A stretch of DNA of 53,432 nt, counting the filler, from Bipalium vagum (Eukaryota): NCBI GenBank assembly GCA_037834085.1. It is 3 parts of 3 records of this genome, joined end to end, with 100 filler letters (N's around TTAATTAATTAA, not from the genome) between each part and the next. Parts side by side here need not be neighbours in the genome. Positions count along the whole stretch, not along the records: positions 1 to 18,704 come from JBBMKC010022057.1; positions 18,805 to 36,200 come from JBBMKC010068140.1; 1 more part is not named here. One strand, given 5' to 3'. A program made the translations under genes and the position numbers. The notes beneath the pieces were generated by a model, which was given only the letters and a program-made list of their open reading frames with translations, was not told the origin of the DNA and searched no databases. This document shows positions 12,301 through 24,993 of the stretch, one piece after another (positions within the stretch are counted from its first letter, which is position 1; the number at the start of each line of letters is the position of its first letter).

Positions 12301-15300
12301 TATATTTGTTACTATTATAACTCGATACAGTAACGTGTATCGTAACTCCTCACGTTTACAATGTTGTGTTCGTTTCTCTCTATAAAACCTTATCTGCTGA
12401 ATCAAAACACCCACAATAATACTTTATCCGCCCCTGTGAATTGAATCAAAACTTCCACAATAAAATTTTATTGACAAAACACAATCACAATTAAATATAA
12501 TGATAACCACGAAAAGTCACTCGTTTAATCACGCTAATAAGTCCAATAACCGAAAATATCACCAAAATAAAATAAAAATGAACACAACTACTGTTATAAT
12601 GAAAGAAATGATCAAAGAAAAGAGATTTGGGGAAGTAACACAAAAACCAAAGAAAAATAAACGGTCTCAACAAGAGCGAAAAGAGGTGCCCGGGTCGCTC
12701 TCTAGGCTCTTCTCAGATCGCCTAGGGATACCCAAGCTCGCTGTGTTCCCTTGTTAAATCCCTCTGCATCGTCATATTCACTAGGAGGAAAACCTGATAT
12801 AATTGAGTTGTCTCGTAGTTCGTCCTGAATTATCGCTAACAATCTTTGGGTAAATTGGTGAGACAGGATGGATTATTAACTCCCACGATGGAGTATAATT
12901 AGCCATTTTCGATATTATCTTAATACTGCTATTATTATTCTAATTACTTTTATTATCTGCCCAATTAAAGTTACTTTATTTCCGTTATTGTTATTCCTCT
13001 ATTATTATTATTATAAACTTATTATTATTATCATTAATTATTATTAATTATCATTAATATTATTAATTATCATTAATATTATTAATTATCATTAATATTA
13101 TTAATTATCATTAATATTATAACCCAACATATTTATAAAATTGAATAAACATATGTTTATAAATTTTATAAAGCTTTTATAGAACCAGTCGTCACTTTTT
13201 CCTTCAATATTGTTACAAGATTCAAGAGTATCATCTGTTATTTTTGTGGAATACACCATTTTTTTCATGTGGGGCCAAAATTATAATTCCATTGTAGTCA
13301 AATCTGGTGATCAGAAGGCCCATTCTACTGTGCCTCGTCGTCCAATCCAATTTTCACAATTTTCATATAGCCAATTACGCACGATTGTCGCATAATGCGG
13401 TGGAGGACCATCCTACATGAACCTTGATGGCTTACCATCACAAATAAGATTCAATTGCGGCATCAAATCGTTTTGAAGCATGTTTAGGTATACACGTGAT
13501 TTCTCCATTGTCTGCATCATACCATCAATTTTGAACTTGAGTGTTCCTTACTACCAACTGACCAATGCGGATTTTCGATTGAATAATAGCGACAGTTTTT
13601 CTTGTTGACTTCATCGTTCACAAAGAAATTAGCTCCCTAAACACGTGGTTTTCTAAAAATTTGGAGTTCCTATTTTGAGGCAATCTAATCATCTCCAGCC
13701 GTCGACCAGGGTCATCTTAGTACAGGTTGAACAAATACTCAAGTCTATATGCATGGAAACTTTCAGATTTGATAATCTACCAAATTGGCTTCTTGGAACA
13801 ACAAGCTCCAATGAAGATCGCCGTACGGATTTCATTGGACTTTACTGAATTTTTTGAATGACATGCATCCGCATTTCTTTAAGAATTCGAAGCCGTCCTC
13901 TCTTCGGCTTGTCTAGGACATTGCCAGTTTCCCGAAATTTAGTCATCAGTCGTTAAATGTAATTAACAATAAATTTAATCATACATCGTCAAATTCTAAT
14001 AATTTGATGCACTTAAACATAAATTTTCTTATTATGTTTTGGTGCGCTATTTTTTATCCACCCTGTATATATCTACATTTTGAATATTGGTTTTAATAAT
14101 ATATAAAGTTGTAATCTTTTAAATTTAATTATTTCCAATTGAAAAAATCTTTTTGAAACTTGTTAGTTTAAAATTAATCTGAGATACCGGGATTCGAACC
14201 CGGGACCTTCACATGCGCGTGAACTGCTCTGACCGCTGAGCTACATCCCCGAATAATTTTCAATGTATCTCACAACAATAATGAAACATTTATTGGTTAA
14301 CATAAATTTTCATTTATTAATATTATTTACATTGTGTAATAGTAATTTATGTACTCTATATTTTAAATCCATATGGAAATCAATAATAATTACTTGCTTG
14401 TTATTTACCTCAAGAGCAAAATTGTGTAATATTTTTTTCATAATTTTTAGATCTGAAGATTTTGGTAGCCATATCAGGACCTAGACTTTATGATAATTGA
14501 GATTCATAATAAGCACAGCAAAGTCTTCAAAAATGTTAATATATTTTACTATCTTGATTTTCTTCCAATAATTTCAAAACAATAAGATCGTTAGGTTTAG
14601 GATCTCCCACACCACACTATAATTCCTACATCTTCACAATGACTTTAGACTTGGAAATGCTTGATCTTTCTTAACATACAATATACAATGTTTCATAAGA
14701 ATCTTTAACACTATAATAATTAAATAATACCCGTTATCTAAACCGTCAAAACGGAATCATTTGTCATCCATAAATATTGTAGTACTCCAATTAATATTCT
14801 AAACAATCTATTTGGAAGATAATAGAATTTTTTCTGATTTATCAGAAAGCATAATTTTCTGTGACATTTCGATATAGCATATTATTCTTCAGAACCAATT
14901 CACAAACACACACACATATGTATTATACAAATAATTATTTAATGTTTGTAAATTGAGAAATTATATGTTAAAGAATTAATTTCTCTTAAAATTTTCTTTA
15001 TTTAATTTTGTAAATGATTATCATGTGGATGTAAAAACTTATTGATAGTTATCATTTAGATGGCTTCGCATTCGATCTCGACCAACTTGGGAAACTAATG
15101 ATAATAATTTTCAGTTAACTTTTGTTCATCGATTCTGTGAATATAAAAATTCAGTTACTTATTTTGCATTTTGCTATCCATGGTCTTATAAAGATTGTCA
15201 AAGACAATTAGAAGAATTAGATCATAAATTTAAGAACATTCAATCATACACCTGGGATAAACTTTCAAAGATGAACTCAAACACTATTTATTATCACAGA

Positions 15301-17016
15301 GAATTATTGACATATTCCCTTGAAAATCGCCGTATTGATTTATTAACAATTTCTGATTTAGAAGGATTACAAAAAGATCGGGAAGAAATTTTTGATGCAA
15401 AACTATTCCCTTTGTGTAAGTCTAGACCGTGGATATTTAAAAATAAAAAGGTTTGTCAAAATTTTGATATATTATTAAGTTAGAAATTTCGTAAATTTAT
15501 GAAATTGTGTTAAATTCTTCAATTTTAAAAATTTTATTAAAGCTTTTTTATTCAAAATATTTTAAAACATGATAAACTTTGAATAAGAAATAAAGTTTTA
15601 TTTAAATACAGTGGTTGGCCAAATAATTAGGGACACTTTAGAATTTAGTTAATTTATGTTTAAGTTTTTAAAAGATAAATCGAGTTTGGTATGACTCTTA
15701 TTTAAAATCGTGCATTAGTAGAACGCCAAATCACACTGATGCTCTTATAACATCAAAGGGAGGTGTTACAAATTTCTAGTTAAATCAATGAATTTATTGT
15801 TTATTGTATTTTTATTAATAAATATTTCTGTTTGAACTTTTTTTATTGTTTTCCTTATCATAACATTAGCTGAACATCTTTATAAAAAATAAGTACTAAC
15901 ATATAACCTAAGATAACTTAAATTTCATTTTATCAAAAAGTACAGTGTCACTAATATAACCAGCCACTGTATAATAGGTTATAAAAAATTTTCGTTATTT
16001 GACTATGTCATGGTTTATGATATTAAATTTATTTAATAACAAATAAATTTTGAAAGATCTTTTTCTGCTTTAGTACAAGAAAGTTTTTGTCATTTCATTT
16101 TATTTAAATTTGACATCTTTAAAATTTAGTGTCAAGTTGATAACATACATCATCTTCTCCACTTCTTGTTATTTTATTTTATTCGAGGTAAGAAATATGT
16201 TTTTATCAAGAAAATTGGTACAAAAAAATCTGAAATTTTACTTTTAACCTTTATGGTACTCCAATTATCGGTCCAACATCCAATTTCGACTATAAAAATT
16301 GATCGCAAGAAAGATAGCGGTCGTCACAAATGAATAGATGAAAAGCAATCCATTAGTATTCTTCTCATTCTAAATTTAAATGCGTTTAATCAAAAACTAA
16401 GTGTCTTTGTGCTATATAGACTGAAAGAAAAAAAATCAAAGGAAGTCGTTTAAATCTTGCCAGAAACCGAGAATACGCAGCCATGAGGAACGATTTCTTC
16501 AATGAATCATCACGAGAGATGAAGAATGGCGTTTGTCTACAAACTTGAAGCACAGGTAAGAGTGGTTGTCTGTCGATTACAAAAAATTTCCATCCCATGA
16601 AAATCGTGATTTCTGTTTGGTCTCATACATTGAGAAATTATTTATTATTTATTGATCTTAATAATACTTCTTGCAGATGTATATTTTTCAAAATGAGTGT
16701 ATATATTAAATCATATAATATAATTATAATACAATCTAATATTACTTAAGTATAATTTATAAATGTTTTCAGGAAAAATAATTAAAATATCTAAAAAAAT
16801 ATTTATTACTAATCTATAAAAAATGTAATTTATATAGGTCTTTGTTGTTACATCTCGTGTTCACCCAGGTGAGACTCCTGCAAGTTACGTCTTTAACGGA
16901 TTACTTGAATTTATATTGCGTGAAGATGATCCTAGATCCATTCAATTAAGAAGGACATTTGTTTTTAAGTTAATTCCATTACTCAATCCTGATGGAGTTT
17001 GTCTTGGACATTACAG
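9333..17016 (+). CDS. AGBL5: Cytosolic carboxypeptidase 5 (tubulin deglutamylase, M14 family), 5' partial: 3 exons seen
   Basis: Exons 9333-9670, 15060-15450 and 16838-17016 have GT-AG boundaries in matching phase. Motifs: [65 protein letters not shown] (HxxE zinc ligands) and [15 protein letters not shown]. Later exons were not found before the linker at 18704. Confidence 0.92.
10120..10510 (-). mobile_element. Tc1-like transposase N-terminal fragment (AGBL5 intron 1)
   Basis: Minus strand reads [32 protein letters not shown].../[16 protein letters not shown]. Confidence 0.65.
10563..11862 (+). mobile_element. Full-length degenerate rosa/DD41D-type Tc1/mariner element
   Basis: Imperfect TIRs CAGGGTGTCCCATAAGTCCCTGTGGAAA ... 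TTTCCGCAGGGACTTCTGGGACACCCTG flanked by TA. Transposase remnants [28 protein letters not shown] and [10 protein letters not shown]...[20 protein letters not shown], with several frameshifts. Confidence 0.92.
12307..13129 (-). mobile_element. Putative solo LTR (823 bp) nested in a DNA transposon
   Basis: Termini TGTT...AACA with a 4-bp direct repeat TATT on both sides (12303-12306, 13130-13133). Non-coding, with AATAAA inside the palindrome CAATAAAATTTTATTG. Homologous to 50478-50945 and to the reverse complement of ~51400-51574. Strand inferred from base skew and hairpin. Confidence 0.72.
13030..13120. repeat. 19-bp AT-rich minisatellite (TATTATTAATTATCATTAA) x ~4.5
   Basis: Directly visible tandem copies near the right end of the solo LTR. 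Confidence 0.85.
14180..14250 (-). tRNA. tRNA-Ala-like element (pseudo-tRNA or tRNA-derived SINE head)
   Basis: GGGGATGTAGCTCAGCGGTCAGAGCAGTTCACGCGCATGTGAAGGTCCCGGGTTCGAATCCCGGTATCTCA. A and B boxes, D and T stems and G3:U70 are intact. There is a 1-72 mismatch and a 6-nt anticodon loop containing CGC. Confidence 0.7.
15609..15969 (+). mobile_element. Tc1-like internal-deletion derivative (361 bp)
   Basis: Imperfect TIRs CAGTGGTTGGCCAAATAATTAGGGACAC ... GTGTCACTAATATAACCAGCCACTG flanked by TA. It retains a transposase C-terminus-like [12 protein letters not shown]. Confidence 0.75.
16200..16700 (+). mobile_element. Highly decayed mariner fragment
   Basis: Remnants [11 protein letters not shown] and [13 protein letters not shown]. 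Confidence 0.55.
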
Positions 17017-17899
17017 GTACAAAATAAATAAAATATATTTCAATTTATGCTGAAAATTTCTAAATTATATTCTAAAATATTATTGAACTAAAACTACATT
17101 AAAACGGACTTACTTTAACACAATTATTGAATTCGTTGTGATATGCGAGAGGTAATATGAAGGGGTTTCATCTTAAATATAAATTATAATGTAAATAAAT
17201 AATTATAATTTCATTTCCATATGCATAAATTTTCATTTTTAAAAATTACGGATTTTAATTTGACTTGAAGTCATCAATTGTATTGTAAATGTAATAAGAT
17301 CATTTCAAAAATTTATTTATTTATTTCAAGATGTGATTAAATTTCTCAAAATTATCTTAAATTTAAAATTTTAATTTTATCCTCTTTTTCTCGTACAGTG
17401 TGTATAAAAGAGGAATATCCACATTTGTCAAAACTACCCGTTCATATTTTACTTCCATTTACAAATACTTATTTATGTGAGGAAAGATTTTCACATTACG
17501 CTGCAACAAAATCAAAATACAGAAATCGAAAAATACTATTCCAGTTATAAAAATTCGAAACCTGATATTATAATAATTTTTAATTCAAAATATCAAATAT
17601 ACCTGAGTTATAAAAGTTTTAAGAACTCTGTGAACTATTTGTGTTATCTATACTATTTCTAATTAACTAATCTTAATTGAATTTTATAATAGAAATATAA
17701 TAATATAGGTCCTATATTATAAGTGTTCCACAGTTCTTGATTAACGTAATTGAAGTTTTGGAATCACTGATATAAGTTTCCCGTTTAATAATTTTATTTT
17801 CACCTCGTTATTTTTACTTGACCTGAATTAAATTTATTCAATAGAATGCTTGTTGGTCGGAAAATAATGTGAAATTTTAACATTTGACGTTAACTTAAA

Positions 17900-18540
17900 T
17901 AACTCAATCCAATTATTTATCAAAATACCTACCACTAGAATCTACACATGTTTGACAAAATGAAATAAGCCTATTTATGCAAATCACATATAATTCAGGT
18001 GTTCTGAATTGGAGAAATTAAAGGAAATCATTTTCGGCAGCAAATTGTTTATTGAAAATTTGACATCATGAAGATGTCGAAATGTTGAAAAACTGATAGT
18101 CTGTAGGCGAAAATTCAGAAGAGTACGGAGAATGAGACAACAGTTCGCAGTCGATTGTATATAACTTTCGTTACGAAATTTGCGAAACATGTGAATGACA
18201 CATTCATAAACTTGTAGTGATTTATAACTTCAGCATAATACCATGACCTTCTTTTGGTGAACGTGGTTTATGCAAGTGTTTCGGAGCTTGATTGTGGTCC
18301 AACCACTGTGATGAAAAGTTCCGACTGCCATATACATTTTTCTTCGCATCCAGAAAAGTATAGTTGATATTTTTCATAAGTAACGAGCACATGTCAAATC
18401 GATGATTTTTTACTCTTCGTTTAAATTATGGAGCATCTATTTGACAAGCTTTTTCACTTGCTCAGGTGATTTAGGTTTTTAATCTATCCTGTGCTCTCAT
18501 GACATGTTACACTTGAATGAACACATTCAGTTTTTACTGA
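17900..18540 (-). mobile_element. Decayed mariner (cecropia/Hsmar1-like) fragment
   Basis: Minus strand reads SSQWLDHNQAPKHLHKP../QKKVMV and ELLSHSPYSSEFSPTDYQFF. Confidence 0.7.
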
Positions 18541-18703
18541 GTTATAAAAATTATTTAAATACAGGGTCTTCCAAAAGAAGCTTTATTACTTTAAGTCGCT
18601 ATTTCTCAGTACATAAAAATTAAAAAACCAAGTAATTTTATTTATACTTTTATTTAAACACAGATATTACAAAAATTTATATTTTAAATATGATGTCATT
18701 AAA

Positions 18704-18804
18704 ANNNNNNNNNNNNNNNNNNNNNNNNNNNNNNNNNNNNNNNNNNNNTTAATTAATTAANNNNNNNNNNNNNNNNNNNNNNNNNNNNNNNNNNNNNNNN
18801 NNNN
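18704..18804. other. Artificial scaffold linker N45-TTAATTAATTAA-N44
   Basis: A six-frame-stop 12-mer centred in an N run. The same construct occurs at 36201-36300. Confidence 0.95.
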
Positions 18805-18899
18805 AAGCAATGAACTGCAAATTGACAAACGTGCTTGGATGTTTTGAACGCTCAACACATGTGGTATCCATTTATCCAATTATCATTCTAATCATTTAT

Positions 18900-19830
18900 T
18901 AATTTATTCTCATTTAAGTGTAATTTAACTCATACAAAGAATATGTAAGCAAGAAATAAATACTGATCTACCAAAAAGACCAACGATCATAGCATTTTAA
19001 AACATTTTTCTTAAAACTGGTAGCATCTTAAATACAACAAAAAGTGGACATCAAGAAAGCAAGAGTAAGAAATTTTGGATGAAAATATTAACCAACTGTT
19101 ACAAGAAAAAACCAAAAAGATAATGAATGTAATGCTTCACATGAAACAGTCCAATAAACGATAAAAACATTGAATTTAAAACAGTACATCCAAACATTGG
19201 TTCAATCTTTGAATGCAGATGATTTTGACAGACGAAAAGTTTTTTTGAAAATTTCTTCACCCAATTTTACAGAGTTGAAAATCTTTGTAGCCTTTTTCTG
19301 GGGGCGTTGAGGCTAAATTTCATATCTTGTTAACAAATAAAAAAGCGTTTATTGGTGCATAGAAAAAAAATTATCTGACAGTGGCCGGTTCGGTCAATTC
19401 GCCTGGTGTGATGGTCTGGTGTCTTAATTGGATTCTATTTTTTTTCATAAAAAGACAGAACAAAAAGCTTTGATTTGTTGAAAGCTACTTTTTTATCTCC
19501 TTTAATCATTTATTCTATGATTATACAACACTCTATATTCAAGATTTGCCACGAATCCCGCCATGGTCTTTTGCAGTTCGAAAATTATCATGACAAGGAT
19601 TTTCCTGGAAAGTAAGTTGGCAGAAGAGAAGCTATTGATTAGGCACCAAGGTCACCGAATCTTAATCTCATAAACATTTTGTGTGAAAGCATATTTTACT
19701 GAGAGATTTGAAGCAAAGAATCATTGATGCATTTATCAATATACAAATCTATTTTTGTGAAAAAGCTTGCTTGACTGTTCCTTGTAGATTATATCGTTGC
19801 AAGGAAGCTAAAGAACATTTTGAAAATAAA
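18900..19830 (+). mobile_element. Highly decayed rosa/DD41D-type transposase
   Basis: Remnants LVQSLNADDFDRRKVF, SPGVMVWC and FPGK*VGRREAID*APRSPNL. Confidence 0.7.
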
Positions 19831-20380
19831 TAAATTTTGTGTATTTCTTTGTTTGTACATAAAAAATTATAAATTTACATAAGTTACTTGATTGACACTT
19901 TTTAAAGGATATTATTATTATTAATATCATTATCATTTATATTTTTATTATGATTATGTATTGTTTAATTTTTAAACAAGAGCAAATAAAAGGGAAATTT
20001 TTTAGGTATTATTTTTACTTTTTATTTATTTTTATTAGTACAAATATTTATATTTACAATCACAGGTTATAGTAAAACCTATTAGCAACATAAAGACTAT
20101 CGAAAAGTATAAGAACAACTTTTGCAATACATTTCTGTTAGCCTCAGCATTGTAAAATTGAAATATAGGTTAATACATATTACTTAAAGTAAATCAAGCT
20201 TCTTCTGAAAATTACTATTAAAAACCTTTATTACTGAATAAATTTCGAGAACTTAATCCTAATCAGAGAAAATGAATTGTCAACATTTGGAATATTTAAA
20301 ACGGAATTTCTATGAGGAAAATTGCGAAACGCAAGATGTTAATCTGAAATCAATCTCCTATATAATAAGGAAATAAATTA

Positions 20381-20557
20381 CAGTGAAACCTGCATAAATG
20401 AACACCTTTGTTAGCTGAACACCTCTTTTATTTATACATTTAATTCCGTACACTATAAATATAAGTTAAACTTGAACACCTTGATTATCTGAACTCCTGT
20501 CTGATTTGAACTTTTCAGCAAGGCCACTATGGTGTTCAATTTAAGCAGGTTTCACTG
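20381..20557. mobile_element. pogo/Tigger-type MITE (177 bp)
   Basis: TIRs CAGTGAAACCTGCATAAATGAACACC ... GGTGTTCAATTTAAGCAGGTTTCACTG flanked by TA, with internal repeats of TGAACACCT. Confidence 0.9.
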
Positions 20558-20599
20558 TATCATGATTTTTCATTTAAAGACAAGTCAAAAATTAAACGA

Positions 20600-21200
20600 C
20601 CTCAAGATTAAAGAAACGTCAAGTTAGATTTTTCCACATTTATTAAAAGATGTCATGTTCATTGATTCGAGATATTTTGAGAACGTGTTAGACAAGTATT
20701 GATACGGTTTAGCGTGTTAAGAAACGAAATGGACTCAAGACCTACAAGAAACAGTAAGCGAAAACCAAGTCTAAAACATACATGTATCGTATCTATAAAA
20801 CCTTGGATTCGAAAGTTATATGACCGCATTTTATCCAAAAAGCAACAATTCACTATCATGATTGATGAAACTAATGTGAAATCCGACTACTCTTCATTAT
20901 CAGGGCTTAAATTTTATATAGTTTGGAAGGTACTGATCACCCGAAATCCCAAAAAGTAATTTCAGTTGAGAAATTCGGTCCTAAATATGTGATGTGGTAA
21001 GCTATTAGCGAATTTTGCTTAAAACCTGCACCATTTGAAGAGTGATGTCTACATTGAGCCATCAGGAACCATAGATAAATTCAGAAAAGACTAGCATAGA
21101 TCATCCAAGAAAATCGATTAGAGGTTTTCCAGAATTTTGGTATGGGTACTCTGCAAGAAAAGGTCAGAAAAATAACAAAGGCAAAAAAATACTAACCTAT
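20600..21200 (+). mobile_element. ITmD37E-type transposase fragment
   Basis: IRKLYDRILSK..IMIDETNVKSDYSSLSGLKFY and EKFGPKYVMW*AIS resemble DD37E-family motifs. Related to 45709-46710. Confidence 0.65.
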
Positions 21201-23728
21201 TATTTTTTTACAAATGTATATTTTCAGTGTTAACCTAACGCTGTAAAAATATTTAAAGAATATATTTTGGGGTGGTTCGTCATAATTCTAATTTTGTTGT
21301 ATTTCCATAATTTTCGATACAGTCTTTAGAATTGCTGATTGATAAAATAAATATCACTAAATATCATCTGTGAAATCTTTAGAGCGTACAGTATTTAATG
21401 TTTATCTTATATAACGAGGTGTATCACATGCGAGGTTATTTGATATGGTTCAAAGGTAGAGACATGAGAATTGAGAAAATTTTCAATATTTGTTGAATTT
21501 ATACTTTTAATTGGTTACAATCTTTTTTTAAAATTATTTTTATCTCAAATGAGAACTATTCTTGTTCATTGAACTGATATTATGTATATTAAGATTGTTA
21601 TTTCCAAAATACCTAGGTTGCTCAAATATTGTTAGGTAATTTGTGAGAAAAAGGTACTTTAAGCAACTCCATCAATCACAATTCTCATATCTGTCAAATT
21701 CTTGTTAAAGTAATAATATGAACAATATGTGTTAATGTCAAAATAAACAAAAGAATAATTAGATTTAAAATAATTTGTTGATTGTAGAAAATTTATAATT
21801 CTATTATACAAATGTCTCTAATTGATGGTATCATTAATATTTCATGATATATGTATAGGTATAATTTTTTTTATTATAGTTTTTGTTAATTACATTATAA
21901 AAATTCTTCCCATCCCAATATTTATTATTTAATAAAACAATAATAACCTGTAAAAATTAAATTAATAAAAAATAAAATTAAATATATTAATTGGTCATTT
22001 TTATTTATATATTTTTTATTATTTATGCGAATATTATAAAATTTTATTTTAGTGGTATGCAAAATGTAATAAATCAAAAACAGTCGAAAATGAAAAGGAT
22101 ATGAAGTGAGAAACTAAAACAAGTTAAAATATTAACTAACAATAGCAACGGTTATATCCGGGTATTCAGTTATAGAGAAGTCATCCGACGATCTTAACAT
22201 TGACAAAAATTAGAATTACAGTACTTAACTTCAGCTGAACAATAAGTATATCTTCTATTTTAAAATCATATGAAAATAAAAGTTATAGCACAGAGCTTCC
22301 AAAACTCGAGACGATTTAAATTTCATTTTAATAAAATAAATTATTTTTAAAAAACTTTTAGTATTTTTAATATTTTTCCAACAATAGTAATCAGTCATAA
22401 CGATATTTTCCAGTTTTATGTTCTTAATAAAAAAGTCCACCTCTAGTATTATTATGAAAATTTTTAAAATAAGTCGTTCATGCTCTTTGAGAATGTGTAT
22501 AATTTCAATATGATATCCACGATATTATCGATAAATATTTTCCCGTAAATCAGTGTAGATTTATATAAAACCTAACATCATTTTGGATTACCCTAAGAAC
22601 TGACTGAGGAGGTTGATTTGAAAGAAAATCGGAATCTATTAAACTTGTCAATCATATGAGTGTCAGATTTAATATGTAACATAACGTGATTGTGATATTT
22701 AATAGTATCACTAGGTATTTTAATAGATCTATTAAATTTCTTATTAATTACAATGGATCTCAAATTTTTAGATATGTTATTTTTATTGAAAGATATTGAA
22801 TTCTTCAGCTGGCTTACCGAAAAACAATTAATAAGATTTGAGCAAATTTGTTTTGCTTGTACGGAAACAATGTCCTTTAATAGAATCACTTTTTGATTTT
22901 CAGATTTAATAGATCTGAAAACCGCAATGGTCTGCGAATAAAATAATAATAACATTAATAACAAAATTCTAAGTTTCAGAATTTTTGAGAAATGTAATTA
23001 AATTATAAGTTCCCAATTATGGATAGATAAGCACAAAATGATGATTTTTCTTTTCTTCCAGGATGCGAGAATGATAAGTATAATAATAATCGTATCTTGG
23101 AAAAATATAAATATAAGAGAAGAATTATTTAATAAAATATTTTGATAGTCGGCTGACTGTAAAAATAATTATAAAAGAGCTCAGCCAAAACACAGTCTTA
23201 GCAGAACATTCTTTATTTTGTTCTTTTGTTAGTTTTTTAGAGAACATATTGAAGATATTTTTTTGTTGAAGCCGGCTCTGGGTCTAAAGGTTTCCGCAGA
23301 TTGATAAGCGATATTTTTCCTTTATTCATTTTCTTTCTTTCACAATTTTATTTTCTTACATTAATTGTATTGTAACTTTCTTTTGAAATTCATTACTTTA
23401 CTCCATTGGTTAATATTGTGTAACTTTTAATATTTACTGATAGTGTCGTGAATTTTGCAGAAAATTCTAATTGACTGTATTTTGAACTTGATATTTCTTC
23501 ATGGTCCCAGATTTGGTTTAGTATGAATCTTTTGTATTGTAACTGTAATAAAAAAAATTTTTTTTCAGTGTTGATTTATTACACTACCTATAAGTGAGGA
23601 GTAGATTTAAGTTAAGAAATTATTATAATTTTAACAATCCCATGATCATCTTTTTTAGGATAAATAACGTCAGTAATAAAAATTGTTCCAATATCTATTA
23701 TCTCGAATTTAACCTAGCTCAGATTCTA

Positions 23729-24993
23729 TCAGGTAACAAACTAAGTTTTTTCTTTTTTTCAGTTGTTTAAATTTGTTAGCCCCTGGGATTCTCATTTATC
23801 TACCGATTGAAATTTTATTTGCTTTAATTTGCTGCTTAAGCCTGTGACTTTGAAATTTACTGTATAATTAATGTTATTAACCATTATCCTCTGGAATATG
23901 TTCTCCAAAAGTTCGCTGGACAAATAACAAATTCGAGCAATTATTTATTATGAATGGAAAAATAACACAAGAACAAATGAAACTGCCTCAAAACTTAACG
24001 AGGTGCTTGGAGAAGGAACAATGCAACTGTGAACAGTGAAAAATTGGTTCAAAAAATTCAATAGTGGCGACCGAGTTGGAGGATTATCAAATTATGGACT
24101 TTCTTGAACCAAACAGAACAATTAGTGCTAAACAAATCGCTTGAGTTAAAAATAAGCGATACAGCCATAAGAAATCGACTGGAAGCGTTAGCATTCACTT
24201 GTACACTCCACAAATAGGTTCTTCACCAACTAGCTAAAAACCACAAGTTGGATCGCATTGAAATTTGTTTAAGACTTCCCGAAAGAAACCGAAATGATCC
24301 TTTTCTCGACCGGATAATCACTTGCGATGAAAAGTGGATCTATCATGACAACATAACCAGACGAAGAACGTGGTCGTTAAAAGGAGAGCCTCCGCAAAAA
24401 ATTGAAAAACGCAACCTTTCATGAAACAAGGTTCTTTTATGAATTTGGTGGGATTCTCATGGAATTATTTATCAGGAGTTTCTCGAATCCGGGGAAACCA
24501 TTAATTCTGATGTCTATGTGACATGCTAAGACGAGTTCATGCCATTATGAAGAAAAGTCGGAGCAGTTTGATAAACTGAAAACAAGAGATTTTCCACCAA
24601 GATAATGCCAAGCCTCACAAATCAATGAAGACATTGAAGGTTATTAAGGAATTGAACTGGACTCTAATGGAACATCCGCCATATAGTCCCGATATCGCCC
24701 CATCCGATTTTTATTAGTTCCGGGTATTACAAAATTACTCGATGGGTAAAAATTTTAAGAGTTCCGAAAGTTTAAAGAATGAAGTACTTTCTTTCTTTTA
24801 TTCAAAAGATCGAAATTTCTTTAATACTGGGATCAATAAACTTCTAAATAAATTGGAGACAGTAATAGAAAAAGATGGGGAATATCTGGATGATTAATTG
24901 TTTAATAATGTTTTATGATTAATCAATTAAATTTAACTTCAGTTTTAGTTTAATTTTTAATTAAAAATTGAAAAAACTTAGTTCGTTATCTGA
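23729..24993 (+). mobile_element. Full-length mariner (DD34D) with inactivating stops and frameshifts
   Basis: TIRs TCAGGTAACAAACTAAGTTTTTT ... AAAAAACTTAGTTCGTTATCTGA flanked by TA. Motifs IITCDEKWIYHDN, FHQDNAKPH and HPPYSPDIAPSDF. Confidence 0.93.

Larger units (their letters stand above)
12233..14065 (-). mobile_element. Degenerate rosa/DD41D-type element interrupted by a solo LTR
   Basis: TIRs CAGGGTGGACAAAAAGTAGC ... GCTATTTTTTATCCACCCTG flanked by TA. Minus strand has [16 protein letters not shown] and [31 protein letters not shown]. Confidence 0.88.

Noticed and set aside
12500-12757. 85-aa ORF within the solo LTR
   Set aside because: Lys/Asn-rich by-product of A skew, and not conserved as an ORF in the 50.8-kb copy.
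13030-13120. CRISPR-like repeat array
   Set aside because: Head-to-tail tandem units without spacers, in a eukaryotic context.
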